The notes beneath the pieces were generated by a model that saw only the letters and a list, made by a program, of their open reading frames with translations, was not told where the DNA came from and did no database searches. Source: an uncultured virus (IMG/VR IMGVR_UViG_3300038393_001696) (taxonomy: Duplodnaviria; Heunggongvirae; Uroviricota; Caudoviricetes). Taken from it: a stretch of DNA of 20,000 nucleotides. The stretch lies in the IMG/VR virus record IMGVR_UViG_3300038393_001696. One strand, written 5' to 3'. Position 1 is the stretch's first letter. Each line of letters begins with the position of its first letter. Below are positions 6,932 through 14,967 of this stretch, in pieces. A program made the position numbers and the translations under genes.

Positions 6932-8155
6932 ATGGCCGACCAGACCACCACCACCGCAGGCATCGACCTGGACAAGCTGGAAGCACTGGATGCTAATCCG
7001 CTCTACGAAGCGTTGAAGCTCGCGCTTGGAAACCTCGCTCTGCACGACCACAAAGAGGCAAGCCGCATCGGTGCCATGGTCCGTCAGGCGATGACGTGCG
7101 TGAGCGAACAGGCGGACGAGCGGGCGTTGTTTGAGGCTTGGTATCGCAAGCGCTACAGCGTGCCTGCTTGGGCACCCCTGAATTTCCCGGATGTGCCGAA
7201 TGCATGGGAAGTATGGCAGGCCCGCGCCGCCCTCACCCAGAAAGTCGCGCCCGAAGCACCGGTCGCACCATGTGTTCCGGGTGGTGTGGCGAAGCTACTT
7301 CGCCATCTTCGAGAGGAGGGAATCTTGAGTGAAGGCCAGATAACCAAGGCGCTTGGCGTTGACCGCCTGACGTGCCGTGAGATTTTGGATGAAGTTGCCA
7401 TTACCGCACCGGCCACCCAGCAGGCAGGAGCGGCAGATTGCCACGCAAGCTGCGGCTATATCGGTGCCGAGTGCGACTTCCCGCAGTGCAAAAGCCGCGC
7501 CCCAGTCCCTGCGGCCACCACAGCAAGCTCCCTGCCCCTCATCACCGATGCCGACCTGCCAGCGACACTCGAGCCTGGCTTCTACCTTGTGGGAGTCACG
7601 CTCAAGGGCGAACGCACCCCAGCACCAGCCACCACGGCAAGCGCGAGCGGGGTAATCGGCGCGGGCGATCCAGAGGCGTTCTTTTGGGAGTTCTGCGAGA
7701 AGCAGGGCTACCCCAGCGATAGCGATATGGACGATGCGCTGCGTGCTTCATTTTATGAAGGAATCCGCTATTGCGCAGTGCATACCCCGGCCCCAACACC
7801 CAGCCGTGAGGCTGCGCCGCTGGACGACGCTGTAATCCGCAAGGTGCTGCTCAAGCATCTTGGCTGGCTTGGGTCGGCAGGGTGGGGCGATGATATCAAA
7901 GCCATCTGTGCCGACCTCCGCGCCGCGCTCGCCCAGCAGGGCGCAGGACACGCAGCGCAGGCTGGGGCGGATGCCGAGCGAGAGGTGACCTGGCGCAAGG
8001 CACGCGATGACGCGTGCGCCCGCAGCGAGAAGCCGCCGTTGGGGCCGCTGCCGAGCGAAAGTTACCGCGCATTGTGGGAATCCATCAACGGCCCCGGCAG
8101 CTGGGACGCCAACCCATGGGTGTGGGTGGTCGAATTCAAGCGGGTGCAGCCATGA
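6932..8155 (+). CDS. Hypothetical mosaic phage early protein
   Basis: SD GAGGA; 407 aa with Ala/Pro/Thr linkers. Ends in [28 protein letters not shown], a C-terminus I recognise from ASCH-like phage proteins. Confidence 0.7.
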   Translation: MADQTTTTAGIDLDKLEALDANPLYEALKLALGNLALHDHKEASRIGAMVRQAMTCVSEQADERALFEAWYRKRYSVPAWAPLNFPDVPNAWEVWQARAALTQKVAPEAPVAPCVPGGVAKLLRHLREEGILSEGQITKALGVDRLTCREILDEVAITAPATQQAGAADCHASCGYIGAECDFPQCKSRAPVPAATTASSLPLITDADLPATLEPGFYLVGVTLKGERTPAPATTASASGVIGAGDPEAFFWEFCEKQGYPSDSDMDDALRASFYEGIRYCAVHTPAPTPSREAAPLDDAVIRKVLLKHLGWLGSAGWGDDIKAICADLRAALAQQGAGHAAQAGADAEREVTWRKARDDACARSEKPPLGPLPSESYRALWESINGPGSWDANPWVWVVEFKRVQP

Positions 8156-8293
8156 ACCCGCTCATCGCCCTGTGGCTGTGGTGGCTGATGTGGCAGCCGC
8201 AGGATGAGAGGAAGGACCAGGCATGAGCCGCCAGCACCTGCGGCGCGCGGCCGAATCGGCGAAGCAGCCACGAAGTGATGGGAGAAATGAGAA

Positions 8294-8521
8294 GTGAGCG
8301 ACATGTTTCTCAGCGGTGAGGAGCTAAGCAGCATGACCAACCGGGTCCAGCATAAAGCCCAGGCCAAGATGTTACGATCCATGGGCGTGGAGTTTCGCAC
8401 CCGCGCCGACGGTACGCTGGCGGTGCTCCGCGCCCACGTCGACAAGGTATTCGGCAACGCCGCCGAGTCGGTGCCGAAGAAGAAATCGTTTCAACCGAAC
8501 TGGGATGGTGTCAATGCCTAG
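8294..8521 (+). CDS. DUF4224-family putative excisionase / recombination directionality factor
   Basis: MFLSGEELSSMTNRVQHKAQAKMLRSMGVEFRTRADGTLAVLR...PNW pattern; overlaps the integrase start. GTG 8294 or ATG 8303. Confidence 0.8.
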   Translation: MSDMFLSGEELSSMTNRVQHKAQAKMLRSMGVEFRTRADGTLAVLRAHVDKVFGNAAESVPKKKSFQPNWDGVNA

Positions 8522-9581
8522 GAAGCGCAACAAGGAAAATGCGGGCTTGCCGGCGCGCTGGAAGGCCGAGCACGGCGCCTACTACTACCAGGTGCCGCCG
8601 GGGCTGGAAGACCGCTGGGACGGGAAGAAGAAATTCCGGCTCGGTGCAACACTGCCGGAGGCCTATGCGGAATGGGCGCGCCGGCTGCAGGACGTCGACG
8701 GGGCAAAGACCATCGGCGCCCTGCTCGACCGCTATGCGCTGGAGGTCGTGCCAACCAAGAACGTGCGCACTCAGGTCGAGAACAACCGCGCGATCCGCAA
8801 CCTGCGCGCCGTGTTCGGCGACGCCCCGCTCACATGGCTCAAGCCGCAGCACGTCTACCAGTACGTCGACCGCCGCAAGGCGACCCCGGTGGCGGCGCAT
8901 CGCGCGGTCGACGTCCTGTCGCATGCGTACACCAAGGCGGTCGAGTGGGGCTACGTCGACCGCCACCCATTCAAGGGCGAGGTGCGCCTGCAGGGCGAAA
9001 AACCGCGCGACCGCTACGTCGAGGACTGGGAACTGGTCGAGTGCCTGGCGCTCGACAGCAAGCGCAAGAAAGGCAGCGTGCTGATGATCCAGGCCTACAT
9101 CCGGATCAAACTGCTGACCGGCCTGCGCCGCGGCGACCTGCTGCGCCTGAAGACCGCCGACCTGCAGGACGACGACGGCATCCACGTCACGCCGCGCAAG
9201 ACCGAGCACAGCACAGGCAAGCGCCAGATCATCGAATGGTCGCCCGAGCTGCGCGAGGCGATCGCGACGGCCAAGGAGGCCAGGCCGGTCGACATCGCGC
9301 CGTGGCTGTTTTGCACGCGTAAGGGCGAGGGCTACATCGACGAGGAGAAAGGCACCGCCAGCGGTTGGGACTCGATGTGGCAGCGCTTCATGGAACGGGT
9401 ATTGAAGGAAACCAAGGTCACCGAGCGCTTCACCGAGCACGACCTGCGTGCCAAATGCGCAAGCGATGCCGAGTCGCTCGAGCATGCTCGCGCCTTACTG
9501 GCGCATGCAGACAGCCAGTTGACGCAGCGGGTTTACCGACGCCGCCCGGAGCGTGTAAAGCCCGGAAAACTCAGCATTTGA
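8514..9581 (+). CDS. int: Tyrosine recombinase / phage integrase
   Basis: Catalytic motifs TGLRRGD (R), RKT (K), HDLR (HxxR), LLAH (H), RVYRR (Y); N-terminal MPRKR..LP arm-binding-type region; lies between xis-like gene and att site. Confidence 0.93.
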   Translation: MPRKRNKENAGLPARWKAEHGAYYYQVPPGLEDRWDGKKKFRLGATLPEAYAEWARRLQDVDGAKTIGALLDRYALEVVPTKNVRTQVENNRAIRNLRAVFGDAPLTWLKPQHVYQYVDRRKATPVAAHRAVDVLSHAYTKAVEWGYVDRHPFKGEVRLQGEKPRDRYVEDWELVECLALDSKRKKGSVLMIQAYIRIKLLTGLRRGDLLRLKTADLQDDDGIHVTPRKTEHSTGKRQIIEWSPELREAIATAKEARPVDIAPWLFCTRKGEGYIDEEKGTASGWDSMWQRFMERVLKETKVTERFTEHDLRAKCASDAESLEHARALLAHADSQLTQRVYRRRPERVKPGKLSI

Positions 9582-9594
9582 TTCCGGCAAAGCG

Positions 9595-9975
9595 CTATCC
9601 GAAGTGGCGTGAGAGGAAGTGGTGTTGACCCGCCTTAGTCAAAACACTTTCACCGAGCGCATTGCTATTAAGCTGGTAATAACGCTGGCAAAAGTCAATC
9701 ACTGCCGCCCCAAGTGACTCTTTAGGTGCCACTTTGGCGCACATCCAGTCCAAGCGTGAACCATCGAAATTAAGTCGCATGAACCGACGACGAGAGTCGC
9801 CGTTGCATGCCAGCAAGTCAAGGACCACCACCCCTTGGAAACGTTTTCGGACAAGATCGCGCTCCACCGCCTCCATGTATTCATCGGGCCGCGTACTATC
9901 GAGCGAAAAGCAGACGAGCTCGTTGCTCGTCCCCGGGGCCTTCGCTAGCGCATAGTGCTTTTTCGATATAATCAT
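9595..9975 (-). CDS. rnlB: RnlB/LsoB-family antitoxin
   Basis: 126 aa; G.VVLDLLACNG...RF.....DG and ..L.ESVL pattern like E. coli RnlB (FDLLCANG..NRF); start overlaps the toxin stop (ATGA). Confidence 0.8.
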   Translation of the reverse strand: MIISKKHYALAKAPGTSNELVCFSLDSTRPDEYMEAVERDLVRKRFQGVVVLDLLACNGDSRRRFMRLNFDGSRLDWMCAKVAPKESLGAAVIDFCQRYYQLNSNALGESVLTKAGQHHFLSRHFG

Positions 9976-11018
9976 GGGCTCATTGCTGATGCAGTTTTTT
10001 CGATATTGTTCAAAACCTCGTGGATGATTCCAACGGCAGCTGCTTTATCGTCGAGTATGCGCGACATTTCAACGTTGGCCTCGACGTGGAACAAGCTGTG
10101 ACGGTGCTTATGATACAGGTTGTAGGATTTTTCCACAGCGGCAACAGTGTGGGGGCAATCCATCTTTTGCCGGACAGATGGTTTAAGCGTGCCGCCATCG
10201 ACTAAGTAGTCGCCAAAGCCGACCGTGTTTCGCACTGAGTAGCCATGTCGCGCCATGATGACCTTCATGTACGCTTCCAGTCCCTTAAGGGCGGGAAACG
10301 CGAAGGCCGAATAATCGGGTAGCTGCACCGCCAGCTTTGCCAGGGCAAGCGAAGGCGCAATAATAGCAGCACCGGCATCGCCTAATAGACCCATAGCACT
10401 CGGAATCCACTGCCGGAGCTCCTCAAGAAGGTCGGTGGACGTAACACCTTCAACATGAAAAGACTTCAGCTGAGCGTCAACGACCTGCTTCTTATCGGGC
10501 GTCACTTCACATAATATCTGAGCGACAATCCCGTAGACCTCTCTGGCCTTACCTTGCATCAAGAATTTGCCAGTATTGTACAGGTGCAACACAACTTCAT
10601 CGCCAATGCCTTTTTTGACGCGAAATCGTTGGCCGTGCTCGAGCGGCTCCTCGCCCACCTCGAACTTCCAGTCATGCTTGAGATGCTCAATCAGAAACCG
10701 AAAATCTTCCACGCCCAGCTTTGCAAGGACAAGTGGGCGGGGTTCATATTCGGTCCTTAGACATCCGGCCGCGATGACCTCTGCCGCCTTATATGACAGG
10801 TGCTGATTCGCGCCAACCTTATAGTGCAGCGTTGTCGTGCCGTCGACCTTGTGAAAAATCTGCAGCGTAGCGGGCTGCTGACCGACCGCCTCGACTTTGT
10901 ATTCGACAAACTTCTCTTTCGTAGTCGGCCCCAGAACTGCGACGCCAGCCAGTCCGGAGCGCAGTACGTCATCGATACGTTCTTTATCGAGAAAAATGCC
11001 TTTGAAATTGTTCGTCAT
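9972..11018 (-). CDS. rnlA: RnlA/LsoA-family HEPN endoribonuclease toxin
   Basis: 348 aa; DGTTTL, YNTGKFLMQGK, LPDYSAFAFPALKGLEAYMK and HEPN RHSLFH (Rx4H) motifs typical of RnlA/LsoA. Confidence 0.85.
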   Translation of the reverse strand: MTNNFKGIFLDKERIDDVLRSGLAGVAVLGPTTKEKFVEYKVEAVGQQPATLQIFHKVDGTTTLHYKVGANQHLSYKAAEVIAAGCLRTEYEPRPLVLAKLGVEDFRFLIEHLKHDWKFEVGEEPLEHGQRFRVKKGIGDEVVLHLYNTGKFLMQGKAREVYGIVAQILCEVTPDKKQVVDAQLKSFHVEGVTSTDLLEELRQWIPSAMGLLGDAGAAIIAPSLALAKLAVQLPDYSAFAFPALKGLEAYMKVIMARHGYSVRNTVGFGDYLVDGGTLKPSVRQKMDCPHTVAAVEKSYNLYHKHRHSLFHVEANVEMSRILDDKAAAVGIIHEVLNNIEKTASAMSP

Positions 11019-11135
11019 GCCGGCTCAACGTGGAAAAAATCGATGGATAGTTCAGGAATTATATGGCTGGTTGACGATCGGAAATCTATCGAAATGTCAC
11101 GCGACGGTGACGCGTTGGAATTACCGCGACAACTC

Positions 11136-11396
11136 GAATAGCGCAACGCGGATTGAATAGCGCAGCGCCCTAAAAAAACATTGGCCTGCGTAAGCGCAAT
11201 CCTTTGATTTCACTCACTTTTTTGGCCTGCCCAGCTGGGTTCGAACCAGCGACCCTCAGCTTAGAAGTCAGACTTTCCAACGAGAAAAACCGGTATGTTT
11301 TCAATGACTTAGCGCCGTTTGGGTGCGCTATTGGATGGCGCTAGGCTCATGTATAAGTGCTTGATTTGATTGAGGCCCATGCCGTTGAATAGCGCA
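11136..11396. repeat. attP arm-type integrase-binding repeats and IHF-like sites
   Basis: GAATAGCGCA at 11136-11145, 11155-11164 and 11387-11396; inverted TGCGCTATTG at 11324-11333. WATCAANNNNTTR matches on the - strand at 11197-11209 and 11354-11366; 1-mismatch copy on + at 11299-11311. Confidence 0.78.
11223..11267 (-). other. Phage attachment-site core: 3' half of tRNA-Arg(TCT)
   Basis: Reverse complement is CTTCTAA-GCTGA-GGGTC-GCTGG-TTCGAAC-CCAGC-TGGGCAG-G-CCA: anticodon loop, T-arm, acceptor 3' strand and CCA. The 5' half (D-arm, 5' anticodon stem) is absent. Confidence 0.88.
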
Positions 11397-11435
11397 GAAA
11401 AACTGGCACTTCCCAAGGTCGGCGGACGCGCTAGC

Positions 11436-11726
11436 TCAGCCCGGCAACACGACCGCACGCCATTCCTGCACATACCCAGCGCCGTCCGAACCCTTCTCGT
11501 AGCCGCGGAACAGCATGCCATTGCCGTGCATGGTAACGAGCTCTGCTTGATACAGGATCGGGACGATGGGCTTCATCTGCTGGTCGTTGCGGGCAGCCAG
11601 GTTCAGTTGGATGACTCCGGCCACCGAGGCAAGCGTCAGGTCGCCGGTGGCGCCCGGGTCACTATCGATGTCGTGGTCGCTGCGGCGCTTGCCGCGCTCG
11701 CGGAGGCGGGTGATGGTGACGTACAT
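11436..11726 (-). CDS. Small hypothetical protein (96 aa)
   Basis: MYVTITRLRERGKRR...LYQAELVTMHGNGMLFRGYE....YVQEW reads as a compact globular protein; extended -10-like TGCTACACT just upstream of the ATG. Confidence 0.65.
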   Translation of the reverse strand: MYVTITRLRERGKRRSDHDIDSDPGATGDLTLASVAGVIQLNLAARNDQQMKPIVPILYQAELVTMHGNGMLFRGYEKGSDGAGYVQEWRAVVLPG

Positions 11727-11755
11727 GGGCGCGAGTGTAGCACTGTTGACCCAGC

Positions 11756-12700
11756 TCACCCTGAACCCACCACCCAATAGCGCTTGATCACGGGATGCCG
11801 CAGGGTTCCGCCGTGCGTCCATTCCGTGAACGCAACCCGTGCGTGCAGCAGCGGCCGGACCCAATACACGCCCCTCTCTTGTCCAGTCGCGCCGGGGACC
11901 GATGGCGGCGCTGGGATATGGCTGAACGCGGCGAGCAATTCGCGCCGCTGGCCGTCGCTCAGGCCTGAGCCGACCGAGCCGACATAGCGCAGCCCTTCTT
12001 CCCCGGCACACATCGCTAGCAGCAGGGATCCGACGCCCACGCGCGACCGGGTGTACCCAACGATCACGAATTCGTCGACCAGGCCGCACTTAAGCTTAAT
12101 CCAGGCGTGCGAGCGGCGCGACACGTATGGCGCGTCCTTGCGCTTGCCGACGATCCCCTCGAGGCCGATGTCGCATGCGGCACGCAACATCTCGGCCGGG
12201 TCGCCGGCCAGCGGTGCACTGAACTGGACGACGCGCTGAGGCACGTTCGGCAGCACCAGCGAGAGCAGCCGGCGGCGTTCGTCAAGCGGGCAGGCGCGCA
12301 GGTCGTGGCCCGCCAGCCAGGGGCAGTCGAACAGGTAGTAGGTGATGCGCTCGCTTCGGCGCGCGTCGATCGACTGCTGGAGCAGCCCGAAGTCTGGCAG
12401 CCCGCGGTCGTTCAGCACGACGATCTCGCCGTCATAAAAGCCGCTCGGCAAGCAGAGCCTAGCCAGCGAACGGCGCAAGCACTCGAGATCGGCAGTCCAG
12501 TCGTGGCCGTTGCGGGTAAACAGCCGGATGCCGTTGCCAGCCACGCGGGCGAGCATGCGGTAGCCATCGAGCTTGATTTCCCAGACCCACTCGTCGGGCG
12601 TCGCCGGCGCGGCGTGTGCGAGCGTTACCAGCTGCGGCGCGAGGCGGGTCGGTAACGGCGCGGCGACGGCGGACGAAGGCATGGACGGGACGCGGGGCAT
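11756..12700 (-). CDS. ATP-dependent DNA ligase (stand-alone LigD ligase domain)
   Basis: Motif I EIKLDGYR; DGEIV, YYLFD, GLEGIVGKR..APYVSRRSHAWIKLK; OB-fold YVGSVGSG and FTEWT..GTLRHPV. Confidence 0.9.
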   Translation of the reverse strand: MPRVPSMPSSAVAAPLPTRLAPQLVTLAHAAPATPDEWVWEIKLDGYRMLARVAGNGIRLFTRNGHDWTADLECLRRSLARLCLPSGFYDGEIVVLNDRGLPDFGLLQQSIDARRSERITYYLFDCPWLAGHDLRACPLDERRRLLSLVLPNVPQRVVQFSAPLAGDPAEMLRAACDIGLEGIVGKRKDAPYVSRRSHAWIKLKCGLVDEFVIVGYTRSRVGVGSLLLAMCAGEEGLRYVGSVGSGLSDGQRRELLAAFSHIPAPPSVPGATGQERGVYWVRPLLHARVAFTEWTHGGTLRHPVIKRYWVVGSG

Positions 12701-12778
12701 GTTCGCTCCTGATCAGGCCCAAGCGTACTCCTTTCGCCGTTCGTTTTTGGCGTTCTACGAAACCGCCATGTGATCGCC

Positions 12779-13093
12779 TCAGTCGGCCTTCCCGCACTGC
12801 TTTCGCTCGACCTTGTCCTTCGCCTTGGCGTCGGCGCGGGTCTGCCATTGCAGGTTGGGCAGGTCGTCGAGCGCCAAGCGCTCGGCCTCGGTCTTTGCGC
12901 AGGCCAAGGCAATCTTGTGGTCGACCACATAACCGGCACAAATCCCAGAGGTGCGGCCGGTGGCCGGGCATGGGACGGTGGCACGGAAAAGCCGGATGAT
13001 TTTAGGGTTGCGCTTGAGCCTCCCGAAGTCATCTCTGGCCGGCGCCTGCGCGTGGGCGAGGACCGGCAACAGGAGCAAGACAAGTAGCTTCAT
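12779..13093 (-). CDS. Signal-peptide-bearing HNH-like small protein
   Basis: MKLLVLLLLPVLAHA signal peptide; PCPATG...C.GYVVDH.I.L.C....D...NLQWQT is HNH-like. Confidence 0.7.
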   Translation of the reverse strand: MKLLVLLLLPVLAHAQAPARDDFGRLKRNPKIIRLFRATVPCPATGRTSGICAGYVVDHKIALACAKTEAERLALDDLPNLQWQTRADAKAKDKVERKQCGKAD

Positions 13094-13234
13094 GCGCGCA
13101 TTCTAGAAGCCCGTCCCGGCGCCCCTTTTGCGAACACGCAGTTCGCTTGACCTGCCGCCGAGCTCGCCTTGACGGTTAACAAGTTGGCGTAAACACAAGC
13201 ATGCGAGGATGCCTCATCACATTACGGAGGCAAC

Positions 13235-13726
13235 ATGGCAGCAGATTTCTACCTGCAGATCGAAGGCATCAAGGGCGAGTCGTCGGACTCGAAGCACGCC
13301 GGCTGGATCGAATGCATGTCGGTCAACTGGGATATCCGGCAACCAAAATCGGCCACGGCTTCGACCGGCGGTGGTCACACCGCTGAGCGCGCCGAGCTCA
13401 GCGACATCAGCATAGCCAAGCTGGTTGACCTGTCCTCGCCCATCCTGGCGCAGCATTGCGCGATGGGGAAGACGATCCCGAAGGCGAAGCTGGAAATGCA
13501 ACGCGCTGACGGGCAGGGGCAGCCGATAAAGTATTTCGAGGTCGAGCTCGAGAACGTACTAATCTCGCACATCGCGCCGAGCTTCGACGGCGGTGGGCAG
13601 CCAATGGAGAATTTGGGCTTGAAGTTCTCGAAGGTACGCTGGCGCTACACGCAGCAAAAGGTGGGCGGCGGCGCCAGCGGCAACACGGCCGGTGGCTGGG
13701 ATCTGGCCACGAACAGGTTTGCATGA
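13235..13726 (+). CDS. hcp: Type VI secretion tube protein Hcp
   Basis: DFYLQIEGIKGES.DSKH.GWIE, SDISIAKLVDLSSPIL, YFEVELENVLIS, ENLGLKFSKVRWRYTQQ, GWDLATN; SD GGAGG. Confidence 0.95.
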   Translation: MAADFYLQIEGIKGESSDSKHAGWIECMSVNWDIRQPKSATASTGGGHTAERAELSDISIAKLVDLSSPILAQHCAMGKTIPKAKLEMQRADGQGQPIKYFEVELENVLISHIAPSFDGGGQPMENLGLKFSKVRWRYTQQKVGGGASGNTAGGWDLATNRFA

Positions 13727-14076
13727 TGCGCGCGCTCATTCTTTTGGCGCTCGCGCTGCCGGCTTACGCCGCGCCGGTCGGGACCCATCCATTCCCGTGG
13801 ATGACCGGCGAGCAGCTACTGCGCAAGCTGGACCGACCGGCGAGCCAGATCGACGCTGCGGCGACATCAGCCTACCTGCAGGGCGTGATGGACGCCACCG
13901 CTGACCGTGAATGGTGCTACAGCGCGACCAAACCCGGTACCAACCAGGTGCAGCCGGTGCTGACGGACAAGCTGCGCGCGCTGCCACCGGCGCAGGTGCG
14001 CCAGAGCGCGGCGGTGCTGGCGGTGCAGGCGTGGCGAGAGAAGTGGCCTTGCACTGCGGGGTGCTGCCATGCATAG
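13723..14076 (+). CDS. Rap1a/Tai-family T6SS amidase immunity protein (periplasmic)
   Basis: Signal peptide; TGEQLL...AYLQGVMDA...WC...AAVLAVQAWREKWPC pattern; overlaps both hcp and the effector gene. Confidence 0.8.
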   Translation: MMRALILLALALPAYAAPVGTHPFPWMTGEQLLRKLDRPASQIDAAATSAYLQGVMDATADREWCYSATKPGTNQVQPVLTDKLRALPPAQVRQSAAVLAVQAWREKWPCTAGCCHA

Positions 14077-14545
14077 ACCACTCTATGCTGTCCTGCGAAG
14101 CAAGTATCCCGACAGGCGCTCCGTCAGCGCCGAGGAAATCTACCGGTGGATCGGCTACCCGCCCGAGTACGCGAGCGACGCGCGCTGGGCGAATACCTGC
14201 GCGGTCCGGATGAGCCTCGCACTAGTGCGCTGCGGGGTGCCGGTGCCGGGACGGCTGCGCGTGCTGGCCGGCGAGTGCAAGGGCAAGCTGCTCGAGCCGG
14301 GGCAGGCGAACCTTTCGCACATGCTGGTGCGCCTGTGGGGCGCGCCGGAAAAGTACCAAGGTGGCCCGGCGGCGATTAAGGGCATCGGCAGCCGGCGCGG
14401 CGTGATCAGCTTCTACCGCCTCTGGAACCCGAGGGACCCGCAAGGGCATATCGACATGGTGGCACCGTGGGGTATCAACGACCTGGCATGTGAGGAGGAC
14501 TGCTACTGGCTGTCGTCGGAGGTGTGGTTCTGGCCGCTGAAGTAG
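14069..14545 (+). CDS. tae4: Tae4-family T6SS peptidoglycan amidase effector
   Basis: Catalytic NTCAVRMSLAL (Cys) and GHID (His); GVISF and C-terminal EVWFWPLK. Confidence 0.88.
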   Translation: MHRPLYAVLRSKYPDRRSVSAEEIYRWIGYPPEYASDARWANTCAVRMSLALVRCGVPVPGRLRVLAGECKGKLLEPGQANLSHMLVRLWGAPEKYQGGPAAIKGIGSRRGVISFYRLWNPRDPQGHIDMVAPWGINDLACEEDCYWLSSEVWFWPLK

Positions 14546-14602
14546 CTGCGCATGATTGACTAGGATCAGGCAAGAAGCGCCGGACCGCACTATCGTAGCC
14601 GG

Positions 14603-14800
14603 ATGACTCCGCGGACGAACCAGGCCGACGCCATGCTGATCGATCTTGCCGTGATCCTGCTGCCGCTGGTCGGGCCGCTGGAGGCGGCGCGCATGCTGGT
14701 CGACCGAGCGATCCCGCTGCGCCTTGCAGTACGCGCGCTGGCCAGCAGCAGGCGCCGCGCCATCTACGCGGACATGTTCCAGCCGTCGATGCCGGCCTGA
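14603..14800 (+). CDS. Small hypothetical protein
   Basis: 65 aa helical-looking ORF with -10-like TATCGT 6 nt before the ATG; 3' end overlaps a convergent gene. Confidence 0.5.
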   Translation: MTPRTNQADAMLIDLAVILLPLVGPLEAARMLVDRAIPLRLAVRALASSRRRAIYADMFQPSMPA

Positions 14801-14967
14801 CGCATGCGCGACTCGTCCTCGCGCCGGGTGTACATCAGCACGGCGCCGCACGGCTGACCGCACTTGCACATCAACTGCAGCGTGTGAACGCCCGCCCGCT
14901 TGGCCTTCACGAAGCGCGGGGCCTTGCCGCAGGAGCACGGGCGCACCATCGGTTTCTGTGCACTCAT
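14764..14967 (-). CDS. Small zinc-ribbon protein (Lar-like)
   Basis: PCSCG...CKCG...AGIDGWN pattern; ATG 14967 overlaps the upstream stop (ATGA). Confidence 0.55.
   Translation of the reverse strand: MSAQKPMVRPCSCGKAPRFVKAKRAGVHTLQLMCKCGQPCGAVLMYTRREDESRMRQAGIDGWNMSA

Noticed and set aside
8152..8226. 24-aa Trp-rich [27 protein letters not shown]
   Set aside because: It is coupled to the upstream stop and could be real, but it is too short to support from sequence alone.
8511..9485. Long antisense/alternate-frame ORFs (e.g. 8511-9485, 3640-4812, 14724-16205, 17207-18370)
   Set aside because: These are shadow ORFs of high-GC coding regions overlapping well-supported genes. Only the last 70 codons of 17207-18370 (holin) are retained.
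11223..11300. Complete tRNA-Arg gene
   Set aside because: No 5' acceptor strand, D-arm or pairing 5' anticodon stem; only the 3' 45 nt are present.
11743..11754. LexA box upstream of the 96-aa gene
   Set aside because: CTGTTGACCCAG has the wrong spacing for CTGT-N8-ACAG.
13235..13726. Hcp as the phage tail tube or part of a full T6SS locus
   Set aside because: It is on the opposite strand to the structural operon and coupled to effector/immunity genes; no tss genes are in the window.
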